Below the pieces are notes generated by a model. That model was not told where the DNA came from. It did not search any database and was given only the letters and a program-made list of their open reading frames with translations. From Myxococcota bacterium (GTDB lineage: Bacteria; Myxococcota_A; UBA9160; UBA4427): 64,000 nt of DNA. Shown here piece after piece: positions 10,999-19,408 of the stretch (positions within the stretch are counted from its first letter, which is position 1; every line of letters starts with the position of its first letter). Location: positions 1,952,001 to 2,016,000 of the forward strand of contig OZ252299.1 in the NCBI GenBank assembly GCA_965250285.1. The letters run 5' to 3'. Position numbers and translations under genes: made by a program.

Positions 10999-11727
10999 TC
11001 AGCCCTTTTCGTAGCGAACGACCATGGTCGTCACGTTGTCGAAGCCGCCGCGATCGTTGGCCGCGGCGACGAGCTGCTCGCACGCCTGCTGCGGATCCTC
11101 TTCATCGAGCAGGAGGCCGGCGATCTCGGGATCCTCGAGATGGGTGGTCAAGCCGTCAGAGCACATCACGAAGGCGTCCCCTGGCTCGGGCGTCAGCTCG
11201 GCGAGGTCGGGCATCACGGTCGAGCGCACACCCAGGGCGCGCGTCAGCACGTGGCGATGCGGATGCTCGCGCGCCGCTTCTTCGCTGATCTGCTGCCGAC
11301 GCAGCATCTCACCGACGACCGAGTGATCCTGGGTGAGGCAGCGAATGCGGCCGCCACGAACCAGGTAGGCACGGCTGTCGCCGACGTGACCCAGGGCCAC
11401 GCGCTCCTCCGTGACGAGCAGCGACACCATGGTCGTGCCCATCCCCTCGAGCGAGGCGTCGCGGTTCGCGGCGGTGAAGATCTCGCGGTTCGAGCAGGCG
11501 AAGGCCTGTCGCAGCTTCTCGGCCAGCGGGACGGTTGCGCCCTGGAGCGTATCGACGGCGCGAATCGCAGCCTCGGCGGCCATCTCGCTGGCCACCTGCC
11601 CCGCGCGGTGCCCGCCCATTCCGTCCGCGACCAGATACAGGCCCAGCTGGGGCGCCATCGCGTAGCGATCCTCGTTGGCCTGACGGCGGCGGCCCACGTC
11701 GGTGCTCGCTGCGGCGCGGAGAATCAA
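10999..11727 (-). CDS. PP2C-type Ser/Thr phosphatase (Stp1 family)
   Basis: TDVGRRRQANED, VADGMGGH, HVGDSRAY, CSDGL, GGFDNVT. Confidence 0.93.
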   Translation of the reverse strand: MILRAAASTDVGRRRQANEDRYAMAPQLGLYLVADGMGGHRAGQVASEMAAEAAIRAVDTLQGATVPLAEKLRQAFACSNREIFTAANRDASLEGMGTTMVSLLVTEERVALGHVGDSRAYLVRGGRIRCLTQDHSVVGEMLRRQQISEEAAREHPHRHVLTRALGVRSTVMPDLAELTPEPGDAFVMCSDGLTTHLEDPEIAGLLLDEEDPQQACEQLVAAANDRGGFDNVTTMVVRYEKG

Positions 11728-11791
11728 GGCGAGGGGTCCCTTTCAGCACGCGACGGACGCGTGCGACCGACCGCAGCGCGGCCTCCCTACC

Positions 11792-11819
11792 CCATCGGTG
11801 CATGAGCCCCACAGCTTGA
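11792..11819 (-). promoter_or_regulatory. Putative sigma-28-type promoter TCAA-N16-ACCGATGG (PP2C)
   Basis: Minus strand TCAA gctgtggggctcatgc ACCGATGG. Confidence 0.5.
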
Positions 11820-11865
11820 CCCCGTCGTGGCGACCGGTCGGCCCCGATGCAGCGCGAAAAACCAT

Positions 11866-11893
11866 TCAATCTCGGCAACTCCGGGGCCGATGA
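11866..11893 (+). promoter_or_regulatory. Putative sigma-28-type promoter TCAA-N16-GCCGATGA (romR-like)
   Basis: TCAA tctcggcaactccggg GCCGATGA, 70 nt upstream of ATG 11963. Confidence 0.6.
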
Positions 11894-11962
11894 TACGCAC
11901 CAGAGGTACGCTTGTGCGGGTGCGGGGGTTCGCGCCCGCCGCGCGCCATCCGGGGGGATCCA

Positions 11963-13813
11963 ATGCCGAAGACGCTCTTGCTCGCCGACGACAGCGTCGT
12001 CATCCAGAAGCTCGTCGGGCTCAGCTTCGCCAACGAGGACGTCGAGCTGACGACCACGGACAATGGCGACGACGCCATCACCAAGGCCCGCGAGCTGAAG
12101 CCCGACCTCGTCCTTGCCGACGTCGTGATGCCCGGCAAGAACGGCTACGAGGTGTGCGAGACGATCAAGGCCGATCCCCAGCTCGCGCACGTCCCCGTGC
12201 TGCTGCTGACCGGCACCTTCGAAGCGTTCGACGAGAATCGCGCGCGGAGCGCCGGCAGCGACGGCCACATCACGAAGCCGTTCGAGGCCCAGGCGCTCGT
12301 CGACCGCGTGAACGAGCTGCTGGCCCAGGCCCCGGCGGCCCCGCAGCTCGCAACGACCACCCCGACGCTCGACGGCCCGGCCGTGACGCGCATCGCCGAC
12401 ATGCCGCCGGCCGAGAACGACGATTCGTTCGACTTCTTCGAGGATGCTTCCGATCCGCTCGCCCAGGTCGACGCCTCGGGCGAGGTGGCCTCGCCCCCGC
12501 CGCTTCCGGCATCGCCCTCGCCGCTCGAGCCGGCCGCACCCGTCGCGACGCCGGCAGCCGACGCCGGGGCGCCGTCCGCTGCGGCCAGCGTTCTGCCGCC
12601 GCTCTCGGGGGCCGACGACGCCGCGTTGATGCCCGATTCTCCGGCCGCCGCCACACCGCCGATCGACGATCTGGCCTTCGACGCGGATGACCTGACGCCG
12701 CCCGATCCCGCTGCGACGACGGTGCACCTGACCGACGAGGCCGAGCCGGCGTCGGCCGCCGGTGCCGCGCCGACGCGCGACGACGACCTGCTGCTCGGCG
12801 ACGAGGCGGCGACCTGGAACGACGATCTCGAGATCGGCCCGGAGCCGATCCGATCGCCGGCCGGCGACGCCACGCAGCTCTCCGACGATCTGTTCCCCGA
12901 TCCGCCGGCAGCGGCGGCGGCCCCCGTCGATCTCGACGCGGCGATCGCTGAGGACACCGGCGCGAGCGCGCCGGCCTCGGCGCTGGTCAGTGATGGCGAC
13001 CGGTCGAGCGACGCAATCGCATTCGGCGAAGCGTCCGCGCCCGCAGCGCCCGATCCGATGAAGACCATGCTGGCCGACGATCTGTTCAGCGATGCCGAGC
13101 CCGCCGCGCCCGAGACGCCCGCGGCAACGCCCGCCGACCTCGACCTCGACCCGACCTCGGCCCCGGCCGAGAACGTCGCGAGCGACTTCGAGGTGTCGTC
13201 CTCGGACCTCGAGACCAGCATCCCCGCCATGCCGCCGCTCGAGACCGACGCGACCGCCGACGAGCCGTTCTCGCCGCCGACACCGCCCACCCGCACTGAG
13301 CCGAGTGCTTCTGCGCCGCCCGAGCCGGTCACCTCGCCGAAGCCCGAACCGATCGAGATCGAGACGAGCACCGACACGACCGACGATTTCCAGATCTCCG
13401 ACGGTCTGCTCGCAGGCGCTCCGCCGGCGCACGAGCCGACCGACTCGAGCTCGGCGCTCGACGCCGCGCCGGAGGCGCTTGGCACCCCGCAGCAGGCGCT
13501 CGACGCCACGCCGCAGGCGATTGACACCCCGCCGGAGGCGCTTGACGCGACGCCGCAGGCGCTCGACGCCACGCCGCAGGCGCTCACTCCGGCTCCGCCC
13601 GACCTCGGCCCCGATCTGACGCCGATCATGCGCGAGCGTGTGCACGAGACGCTCGAGCGCGTGGCTTGGGAGGCCTTTGCCGACCTCTCCGACACGATCG
13701 TCAAGCAGGTCGTCGAGAAGGTCGAGCAGGTCGCGTGGGAGGTGATCCCGCAGATGGCCGAAGCAGCGATCAAGGAAGAGATCCGCCGCATGAAGGGCGA
13801 GAACGACGAGTAG
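11963..13813 (+). CDS. romR: RomR-like response regulator (receiver, Pro/Asp/Ala-rich disordered linker, conserved C-terminal helix)
   Basis: LLLADDSVVIQKLVGLSFANED receiver; long low-complexity linker; C-terminus VEQVAWEVIPQMAEAAIKEEIRRM resembles the RomR C-terminal motif (AWEVVPxLAE). Confidence 0.75.
   Translation: MPKTLLLADDSVVIQKLVGLSFANEDVELTTTDNGDDAITKARELKPDLVLADVVMPGKNGYEVCETIKADPQLAHVPVLLLTGTFEAFDENRARSAGSDGHITKPFEAQALVDRVNELLAQAPAAPQLATTTPTLDGPAVTRIADMPPAENDDSFDFFEDASDPLAQVDASGEVASPPPLPASPSPLEPAAPVATPAADAGAPSAAASVLPPLSGADDAALMPDSPAAATPPIDDLAFDADDLTPPDPAATTVHLTDEAEPASAAGAAPTRDDDLLLGDEAATWNDDLEIGPEPIRSPAGDATQLSDDLFPDPPAAAAAPVDLDAAIAEDTGASAPASALVSDGDRSSDAIAFGEASAPAAPDPMKTMLADDLFSDAEPAAPETPAATPADLDLDPTSAPAENVASDFEVSSSDLETSIPAMPPLETDATADEPFSPPTPPTRTEPSASAPPEPVTSPKPEPIEIETSTDTTDDFQISDGLLAGAPPAHEPTDSSSALDAAPEALGTPQQALDATPQAIDTPPEALDATPQALDATPQALTPAPPDLGPDLTPIMRERVHETLERVAWEAFADLSDTIVKQVVEKVEQVAWEVIPQMAEAAIKEEIRRMKGENDE
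13454..13585 (+). repeat. 21-bp coding tandem repeat (ALDATPQ-like, 6 copies)
   Basis: ALDAAPE ALGTPQQ ALDATPQ AIDTPPE ALDATPQ ALDATPQ AL. Confidence 0.85.
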
Positions 13814-13915
13814 CGCCCCAGGGCCGCCGCGCCGCGCCGCCCGGACGCCGGTGCGTCGGCCTGCGCTTCGGTGCGCCGTGGTAGACTCCGCGCCTTTCCC
13901 GAGCGGAGTCGCCCC

Positions 13916-14806
13916 ATGGCCCGAGACGGCCAAGCCGGAATCGAAATCAGCACGCCCCCCGACCCGTCGGGCTTCGACGCGCTCGTCGACCGGGCGATCG
14001 CCGAGGATCTGGGTCCGGGCGACCTGACGAGCGAGCTGACGATCCCCGCCGATGCACGTTGTCAGGCGCGCATCGAGGCGCGGGCGCCGATCGTGACGTG
14101 CGGACTGTTCCTCGCGCGCGCCGTCTTCGACCGTGTCTCGCCCGAGGTCGAGTTCAAGGCGCGCGCACGCGAAGGCGAAGCCGCCGCCCCGGGTCGACGG
14201 CTCGCCGACCTCGAGGGACCGGCGCGCGCGATCCTCGCCGCCGAGCGCACTGCACTCAACTTTCTCGGTCGACTCTCGGGCGTGGCGACGCTGACGCGCC
14301 GCTACGTCGATGCGGTCGACGGCACCGGCACCGACATCGTCGACACGCGCAAGACGATCCCGGGCTGGCGCGTGCTCGACAAGTTCGCCGTGCTGTGTGG
14401 CGGGGGCGTCAACCATCGGCAGGCCCTCTTCGACGGGATCCTGCTCAAGGACAATCACATCGCGGCGGCGGGCGGGGTCGGGTCGGCCGTACGGGCAGCG
14501 ATCGAAGGCGCGCCCACCGACATCCGCGTTCAGGTCGAGGTGGAGAGCCTCGATCAAGCCCTGGAGGCCTGCGAGGCCGGCGCCGACTTCCTGCTGCTCG
14601 ACAACTGCAGCCCGGCTGAGATCGTGGCGATGCGCGAGGCCCTCGCGGGCCGTGCCCTGCTCGAAGCCAGCGGCGGCATCAACCTCGAGAACGTGCGGGC
14701 GTATGCGAAGACCGGCGTCGACCGCATCTCGATCGGCGCCCTCACCCACTCGGCCCCCTGTGCCGACGTCGCGCTCGAGATCGATGCCGTGATCGAGGCG
14801 CCGTGA
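13916..14806 (+). CDS. nadC: Nicotinate-nucleotide diphosphorylase (carboxylating)
   Basis: EDLGPGDLTS, AERTALNFL, DTRKTIPG, LLKDNH, LLDN, EASGGI. Confidence 0.95.
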   Translation: MARDGQAGIEISTPPDPSGFDALVDRAIAEDLGPGDLTSELTIPADARCQARIEARAPIVTCGLFLARAVFDRVSPEVEFKARAREGEAAAPGRRLADLEGPARAILAAERTALNFLGRLSGVATLTRRYVDAVDGTGTDIVDTRKTIPGWRVLDKFAVLCGGGVNHRQALFDGILLKDNHIAAAGGVGSAVRAAIEGAPTDIRVQVEVESLDQALEACEAGADFLLLDNCSPAEIVAMREALAGRALLEASGGINLENVRAYAKTGVDRISIGALTHSAPCADVALEIDAVIEAP

Positions 14807-15819
14807 GCGAAGGCGCAAGGCAGGTATTGGCGGCGCTGCGGTCGGCGGCCGGCGAAGCGCGCTCGGGCGAAGCGCTGTCGAGCGAGCTCGGCGTGTCACG
14901 AGCCCAGATCTGGAAGCACGTGAGCGCGCTGCGCCGACGCGGCTATGAGATCGGGGGCGAGCCCGGGGGCGGCTATCGCCTCGAATCGGTCCCCGATCGG
15001 CTGTATCCAGAAGAGCTCGGGGTCGGGCGTACAGGCCGCTGGCTCGGGGCCGACATCGAGCATCTCGACGAGACCGACTCGACGAACCGCGTGGCGATGG
15101 AGCGCGGGCGCGCCGGCGCGGCCCACGGCTTCGCAGTGGTCGCCGAAGGCCAGACGGCGGGCCGGGGCCGGCTCGGCCGCAGCTTCTATTCGCCGCCGAA
15201 CCTGAACCTCTACACGTCGGTCGTGCTGCGCCCCGACCTGCTCGTGCCGGACGCGTCGAGCCTGATCCTGGTCGCCGGCGTCGCGGTCGCCGACGCCATC
15301 GCCCAGACGATCGGCGACGACGACGCCGTCTCGATCAAATGGCCCAACGACGTTCAGCTCGAGGGTCTCAAGACATCCGGCATCCTGCTCGAGCTCGCTG
15401 CCGAAGAGACTCGGGTGGACTTCGTGGTCATGGGCATCGGCGTCAACCTGAACGTCGAACGCGACGTGTTTCCGGACGAGTTCCGGCACCTCGCCACGAG
15501 CCTGCGCTCGCACACCGGCGACACCGTCGACCGGGCGGCCTTCACCCGCCGTCTCTTCGACACGCTCGAGGATGCGCTCGAGACCCACGAACAGGGCGGC
15601 TTCGACGCCCTGCGCCCCCGCTTCGACCGCCGATTTCGCATGCCCGGCCAGCGCGTCGAGGTGCGGGGGGTCGGCACCCGCGACGGCGAGGTGACGGCCG
15701 GCGTCGTGCGCGGCCTCGCCGACGACGGCGCGCTCGAGCTCGAAGACGAAGCCGGCCGGCTCACGCGCGTGCTCGCGGGCGACGTGACGGTGGTGAAACC
15801 CGACGAGGCCGAGGCGTGA
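14803..15819 (+). CDS. birA: Bifunctional biotin ligase/repressor
   Basis: N-terminal HTH SGEALSSELGVSRAQIWKH; DSTN, QTAGRGRLGR, IKWPND. Confidence 0.95.
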   Translation: MSEGARQVLAALRSAAGEARSGEALSSELGVSRAQIWKHVSALRRRGYEIGGEPGGGYRLESVPDRLYPEELGVGRTGRWLGADIEHLDETDSTNRVAMERGRAGAAHGFAVVAEGQTAGRGRLGRSFYSPPNLNLYTSVVLRPDLLVPDASSLILVAGVAVADAIAQTIGDDDAVSIKWPNDVQLEGLKTSGILLELAAEETRVDFVVMGIGVNLNVERDVFPDEFRHLATSLRSHTGDTVDRAAFTRRLFDTLEDALETHEQGGFDALRPRFDRRFRMPGQRVEVRGVGTRDGEVTAGVVRGLADDGALELEDEAGRLTRVLAGDVTVVKPDEAEA

Positions 15820-16064
15820 GGGGCGCCCGCCGCGAAGCGCGCGAAAGCGGGCGGCCCCGATGACGCGCCCGCCTCACGTCTCGCGCAGGCGCGGTACGCT
15901 CCCGATGGGCGGTCGAGCACGCGAGCGAACCGGCGCCGCGCAGCGACCCCGCCCAGGCATCGCCCGACACCGAGACCGGCCTCGCGCGGCCGCGCAGCCC
16001 ACGGCGGCGCGGGCGTCGCCGCCGGCCTTCGCCTGATCTCCGTCCCGCCCGAAAGGCCCTTCGC

Positions 16065-16853
16065 GTGAGCGACCCGACGCTGCTCGTTATCGATATCGGC
16101 AACACCAACGTGACGCTCGGCGTCTTCGACTACGAGGGAGAGGAGGTCGACCTCTCGCATCACTGGCGCGTCTCGACCCACCGCGAGCAGACGTCCGACG
16201 AGCTGTCGATCACGCTTCACGCCCTGTTCGACCACGAGGATCGGTCGGTCGCGGACGTGACCGACATCATCGTGTCGAGCGTGGTCCCGCCCGTCGTGCC
16301 GGTCTGGGAGCGCGTCTGCACCAAGCTCTTCGGCAAGCCGCCGCAGGTCGTCGGCCCGGGGATGCGCACCGGGATGCCCGTCCGGTACGAGAACCCCCAC
16401 GAGGTCGGCGCAGACCGCATCGTGAACTCGGTGGCGGCCTTCGAGCTCTACGGCGGTCCGATCATCGCCGTCGACTTCGGCACGGCCACGACGTTCGATT
16501 GTGTCTCAGAGAAGGGTGAGTACCTGGGCGGGGTGATCTGCCCGGGGATCCACATCTCGATGGAGGCCCTCTTCGAGCGCGCTTCGAAGCTGCACCGGGT
16601 CGAGATCGCCCGTCCCAAGAGCGTGATCGGCAAGACGACGACGGGCGCGCTGCAGAGCGGACTGCTCTACGGCTACGCCGGGCTCGTCGACGCGATGGTC
16701 GAGCGGATCCGCCCCGAGATCGGCGGCGACGCCAAGGTGATCGCCACCGGCGGGCTGGCCCGCCGCATCGCGAACGAGACCTCTTCGATCGAGAACGTGG
16801 CGCCGTTCCTGACGCTCGAGGGGCTGCGGATCCTCTTCGAGAAGAACCGCTAG
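16065..16853 (+). CDS. coaX: Type III pantothenate kinase
   Basis: IDIGNTN, SSVVP, VGADRI, VDFGTATT, ATGG. Confidence 0.95.
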   Translation: MSDPTLLVIDIGNTNVTLGVFDYEGEEVDLSHHWRVSTHREQTSDELSITLHALFDHEDRSVADVTDIIVSSVVPPVVPVWERVCTKLFGKPPQVVGPGMRTGMPVRYENPHEVGADRIVNSVAAFELYGGPIIAVDFGTATTFDCVSEKGEYLGGVICPGIHISMEALFERASKLHRVEIARPKSVIGKTTTGALQSGLLYGYAGLVDAMVERIRPEIGGDAKVIATGGLARRIANETSSIENVAPFLTLEGLRILFEKNR

Positions 16854-16958
16854 CCGCCGCGCGGTCGGCGGGCGCCCCACGGCCTCTCCCCGCGCACAGA
16901 GCCGCTCAGGGCCGCTCAGGGCCACCTCGTGCCGCTTCGCGAGCGCGCAACTTCCGTC

Positions 16959-16986
16959 TCAATCTCATGCCCGTTTCGGCCGATGT
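16959..16986 (+). promoter_or_regulatory. Putative sigma-28-type promoter TCAA-N16-GCCGATGT
   Basis: TCAA tctcatgcccgtttcg GCCGATGT; shares TCAATCTC with the romR-like promoter. Confidence 0.6.
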
Positions 16987-17047
16987 GCCAATCGGAGGCG
17001 TGCCCTTCGCGCCTCACCGCACCCATCCGCCAGGAGCGCAGCCCGAC

Positions 17048-18115
17048 GTGTCCGAAGAGGCCCCCAAGACTCGCGTCAAGCTCACCCTCTCGCCCCAGGC
17101 TGAGAAGTACGCCCGACGCGACGCCCCGATCGAGGCCCGGCGGATGGCTGCACGCGGTGCCCTGCCCCTCGAGCCGATCGATCTGGCCACCGTGCTCTTC
17201 GCTCTCTCCCACGACGCCGACGCCGAGGTCAAGTCGACGGCGCGTGCGAGCCTCGACAACCTACCCGAGCACGTCCTCGAGCCCGTGCTCGTCGGTCCGT
17301 CGCATCCCCTGCTGCTCTCGTACCTCGCGCGCGTCCACCGCGAGAACGAGGGGCACTGCGAGAAGCTCGCGCTCAATGCGGCGACCGACGATGCGACGAT
17401 CGCGTTCCTCGCCAGCCTGCCGCTGCGCCGGGTGGTCGACGTCGTGAGCAACAACCAGCAGCGGATGCTGCGCTGCGAAGAGATCGTCGATGCCCTCGGC
17501 GCCAATCCGCTCACGGGTCGCGCCGTCATCGAGCGCATCCTCACGTTCCTCGGGCTCGATCACGAGGACGAAGACGAGGCGAGCGAGGAAGTACTGAGCG
17601 CAGAGGCGGCCGAGCAGGCCGTCCTCGCGTTCCTCGGCGACGAGAACCCCGAGATTGCGAAGCTCCTCGCCAGCGAAGACGAGCTCGACGACGAAGCGCT
17701 CGAGGGCAACCTGTTCGCTGCGGTCCAGAAGATGAGCGTGATGCAGAAGATCAAGCTCGCACGCGTGGGCGGCAAGGAGGCGCGCTCGCTGCTCATCAAG
17801 GATCGGAACAAGATCGTCGCGACGTCGGTGCTCGGCAGCCCGAAGATCACCGAGACCGAGATCGTCGCCATCGCCAACTCGCGCGGCGTGAGCGACGAGA
17901 TCCTGCGGCTGATCAGCTTCAATCGCGATTGGACCAAGAGCTATCAGATCAAGCTGGCCCTGGTGATGAACCCCAAGACCCCGACGCCCCAGGCCGTCAA
18001 GTTCATCAACTACCTCCAGGACAAAGAGCTGCGTTCGCTGATGAAGAGCAAGGACGTCTCGACGCAGATCTCCACCCACGCCCGGCGAATCCTGCAGAAA
18101 AAGGGCAAGATCTAG
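17048..18115 (+). CDS. Hypothetical alpha-helical repeat (HEAT/LRV-like) protein
   Basis: GTG at 17048 after AGGAG; KIKLARVGGKEARSLLIKDRNK and ALVMNPKTP helical repeats. Confidence 0.75.
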   Translation: MSEEAPKTRVKLTLSPQAEKYARRDAPIEARRMAARGALPLEPIDLATVLFALSHDADAEVKSTARASLDNLPEHVLEPVLVGPSHPLLLSYLARVHRENEGHCEKLALNAATDDATIAFLASLPLRRVVDVVSNNQQRMLRCEEIVDALGANPLTGRAVIERILTFLGLDHEDEDEASEEVLSAEAAEQAVLAFLGDENPEIAKLLASEDELDDEALEGNLFAAVQKMSVMQKIKLARVGGKEARSLLIKDRNKIVATSVLGSPKITETEIVAIANSRGVSDEILRLISFNRDWTKSYQIKLALVMNPKTPTPQAVKFINYLQDKELRSLMKSKDVSTQISTHARRILQKKGKI

Positions 18116-18199
18116 CGGACGCTGGCTCGGGGGGTGCCGCGCACGACGTGCCGCACCCCGCCCGGGTCGACTGCAGATCGACGCAGGGGGGAAATCGGG

Positions 18200-19408
18200 A
18201 TGGCAGGCACAGCGGACGCAGGCGAGGTCAACGCGCGCATCGTCTACTGGGGCGTCGAAGGCGGCGGCAAGACCGCCTGCATCGAGACGATTCACGCCAA
18301 GCTGCGCCCGGACCATCGTGGCGAGCTGAAACGCGTGCCGACTCGACTCGACCCCACCGTCGTCTACGACGAGCTGCCCATTGCCCTTGGCAACGTCCAG
18401 GGCGCGCGCACGCAGCTGCAGATCGTCGCCGTCCCCGGTGGTCCCGAGCACGCAGCGACACGCAAGCAGCTCCTCGATCGCGTCGATGGCGTCGTGATCG
18501 TGATCGATGCCGATCCCGCACGTGCCGAAGAGAACGCCTCGTCGGTGGACGAGCTGCGCGACAGCCTTGGCGCGTACGGTCGCTCGCTCGCAGAGATCCC
18601 GTTCGTCGTGCAGTACAACAAGAGCGACCTCGGCGACCCCTACGAGACCGAAGCGCTCCACAAGCGGCTCGGCTTCGGTTCGGCGCCCGTATTCGAGACC
18701 ACGGCGCATCAGGGCCAGGGCGTGCTCCAGGTCTTGTCCACGATCTCGAAGAGCGTGGTCCGCGCGCTTCGCGAAGGGCGAACCGCCGAGGCTGCGACGC
18801 CTGCGGCCCCGCCCCCGCCGCCGGCCACGCCCACGACCACGCCCACGCCCACGCCCACGGCCAAGCCGGTGACCCCGCCGACACCCAGCCCCACGCCCAG
18901 CCCCAAGGCGACGCCGACCCCGGTCGCTGCCGCCGCTGACGACTCGTTGATGGATCCGGGCACACCGCTCGCGATGGACGGCACGGCCGAGCCCGCGACG
19001 CTCGAGCCGATCGCCGAGACGGTGGTCGACCTCGACCTGCCGGGGAGCGCGGAAGTGCTGCTCGAGGCCGAGCCGGTGGGCGCGCCGCCGGCAAGCGATC
19101 CACGCAGCGTCATGGAGGCCGCGATCCTGAGCGAAGGCGCCGGTGTCGCCGAGGCCGACGCCGCCGACGCGGCCGCGAGTGCGACCGAGAACGCATTCGA
19201 TCGCCCCTGGTCCGAGCTCGCCTCGGAGAAGCCGGCACCGGGCGCGCGCTTCGGCGCCGACCTCCGCGTCGTATCCGTCGGCGTGGCCGAGCGGGCCGGA
19301 GACCGCGGCGTCAAGGTGCCGCTCGTACTCGGAAACGACGACGGGGAGACCCTCACGGTGGCGCTCACCGTGCAGCTCGATCCCCTGCTCGAGGACGAGA
19401 CCACATGA
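18200..19408 (+). CDS. MglA-like small GTPase with degenerate catalytic residues and a long C-terminal extension
   Basis: EVNARIVYWGVEGGGKT, VPGG, RKQLLDRVDGVVIVID and QYNKSDL are colinear with MglA; Pro/Thr linker and C-terminal domain. Confidence 0.8.
   Translation: MAGTADAGEVNARIVYWGVEGGGKTACIETIHAKLRPDHRGELKRVPTRLDPTVVYDELPIALGNVQGARTQLQIVAVPGGPEHAATRKQLLDRVDGVVIVIDADPARAEENASSVDELRDSLGAYGRSLAEIPFVVQYNKSDLGDPYETEALHKRLGFGSAPVFETTAHQGQGVLQVLSTISKSVVRALREGRTAEAATPAAPPPPPATPTTTPTPTPTAKPVTPPTPSPTPSPKATPTPVAAAADDSLMDPGTPLAMDGTAEPATLEPIAETVVDLDLPGSAEVLLEAEPVGAPPASDPRSVMEAAILSEGAGVAEADAADAAASATENAFDRPWSELASEKPAPGARFGADLRVVSVGVAERAGDRGVKVPLVLGNDDGETLTVALTVQLDPLLEDETT

Noticed and set aside
11309..14899. 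1196-aa minus-strand ORF and similar long shadow ORFs (356..2716, 5497..7908, 17261..19591, 37780..40104, 61201..63708)
   Set aside because: They are antisense to well-supported genes and have no motifs; long stop-free shadow frames are expected in high-GC DNA.
15820..16064. 245-bp gap between birA and coaX as an ncRNA or small ORF
   Set aside because: Only generic GC-rich hairpins and no recognisable motif; cannot support a call.
16902..16925. GCCGCTCAGG duplicated
   Set aside because: Only two short copies; likely slippage with no evident function.
18790..18925. CCCACG-type short repeats
   Set aside because: They encode a Pro/Thr linker inside the MglA-like protein and are not an independent element.
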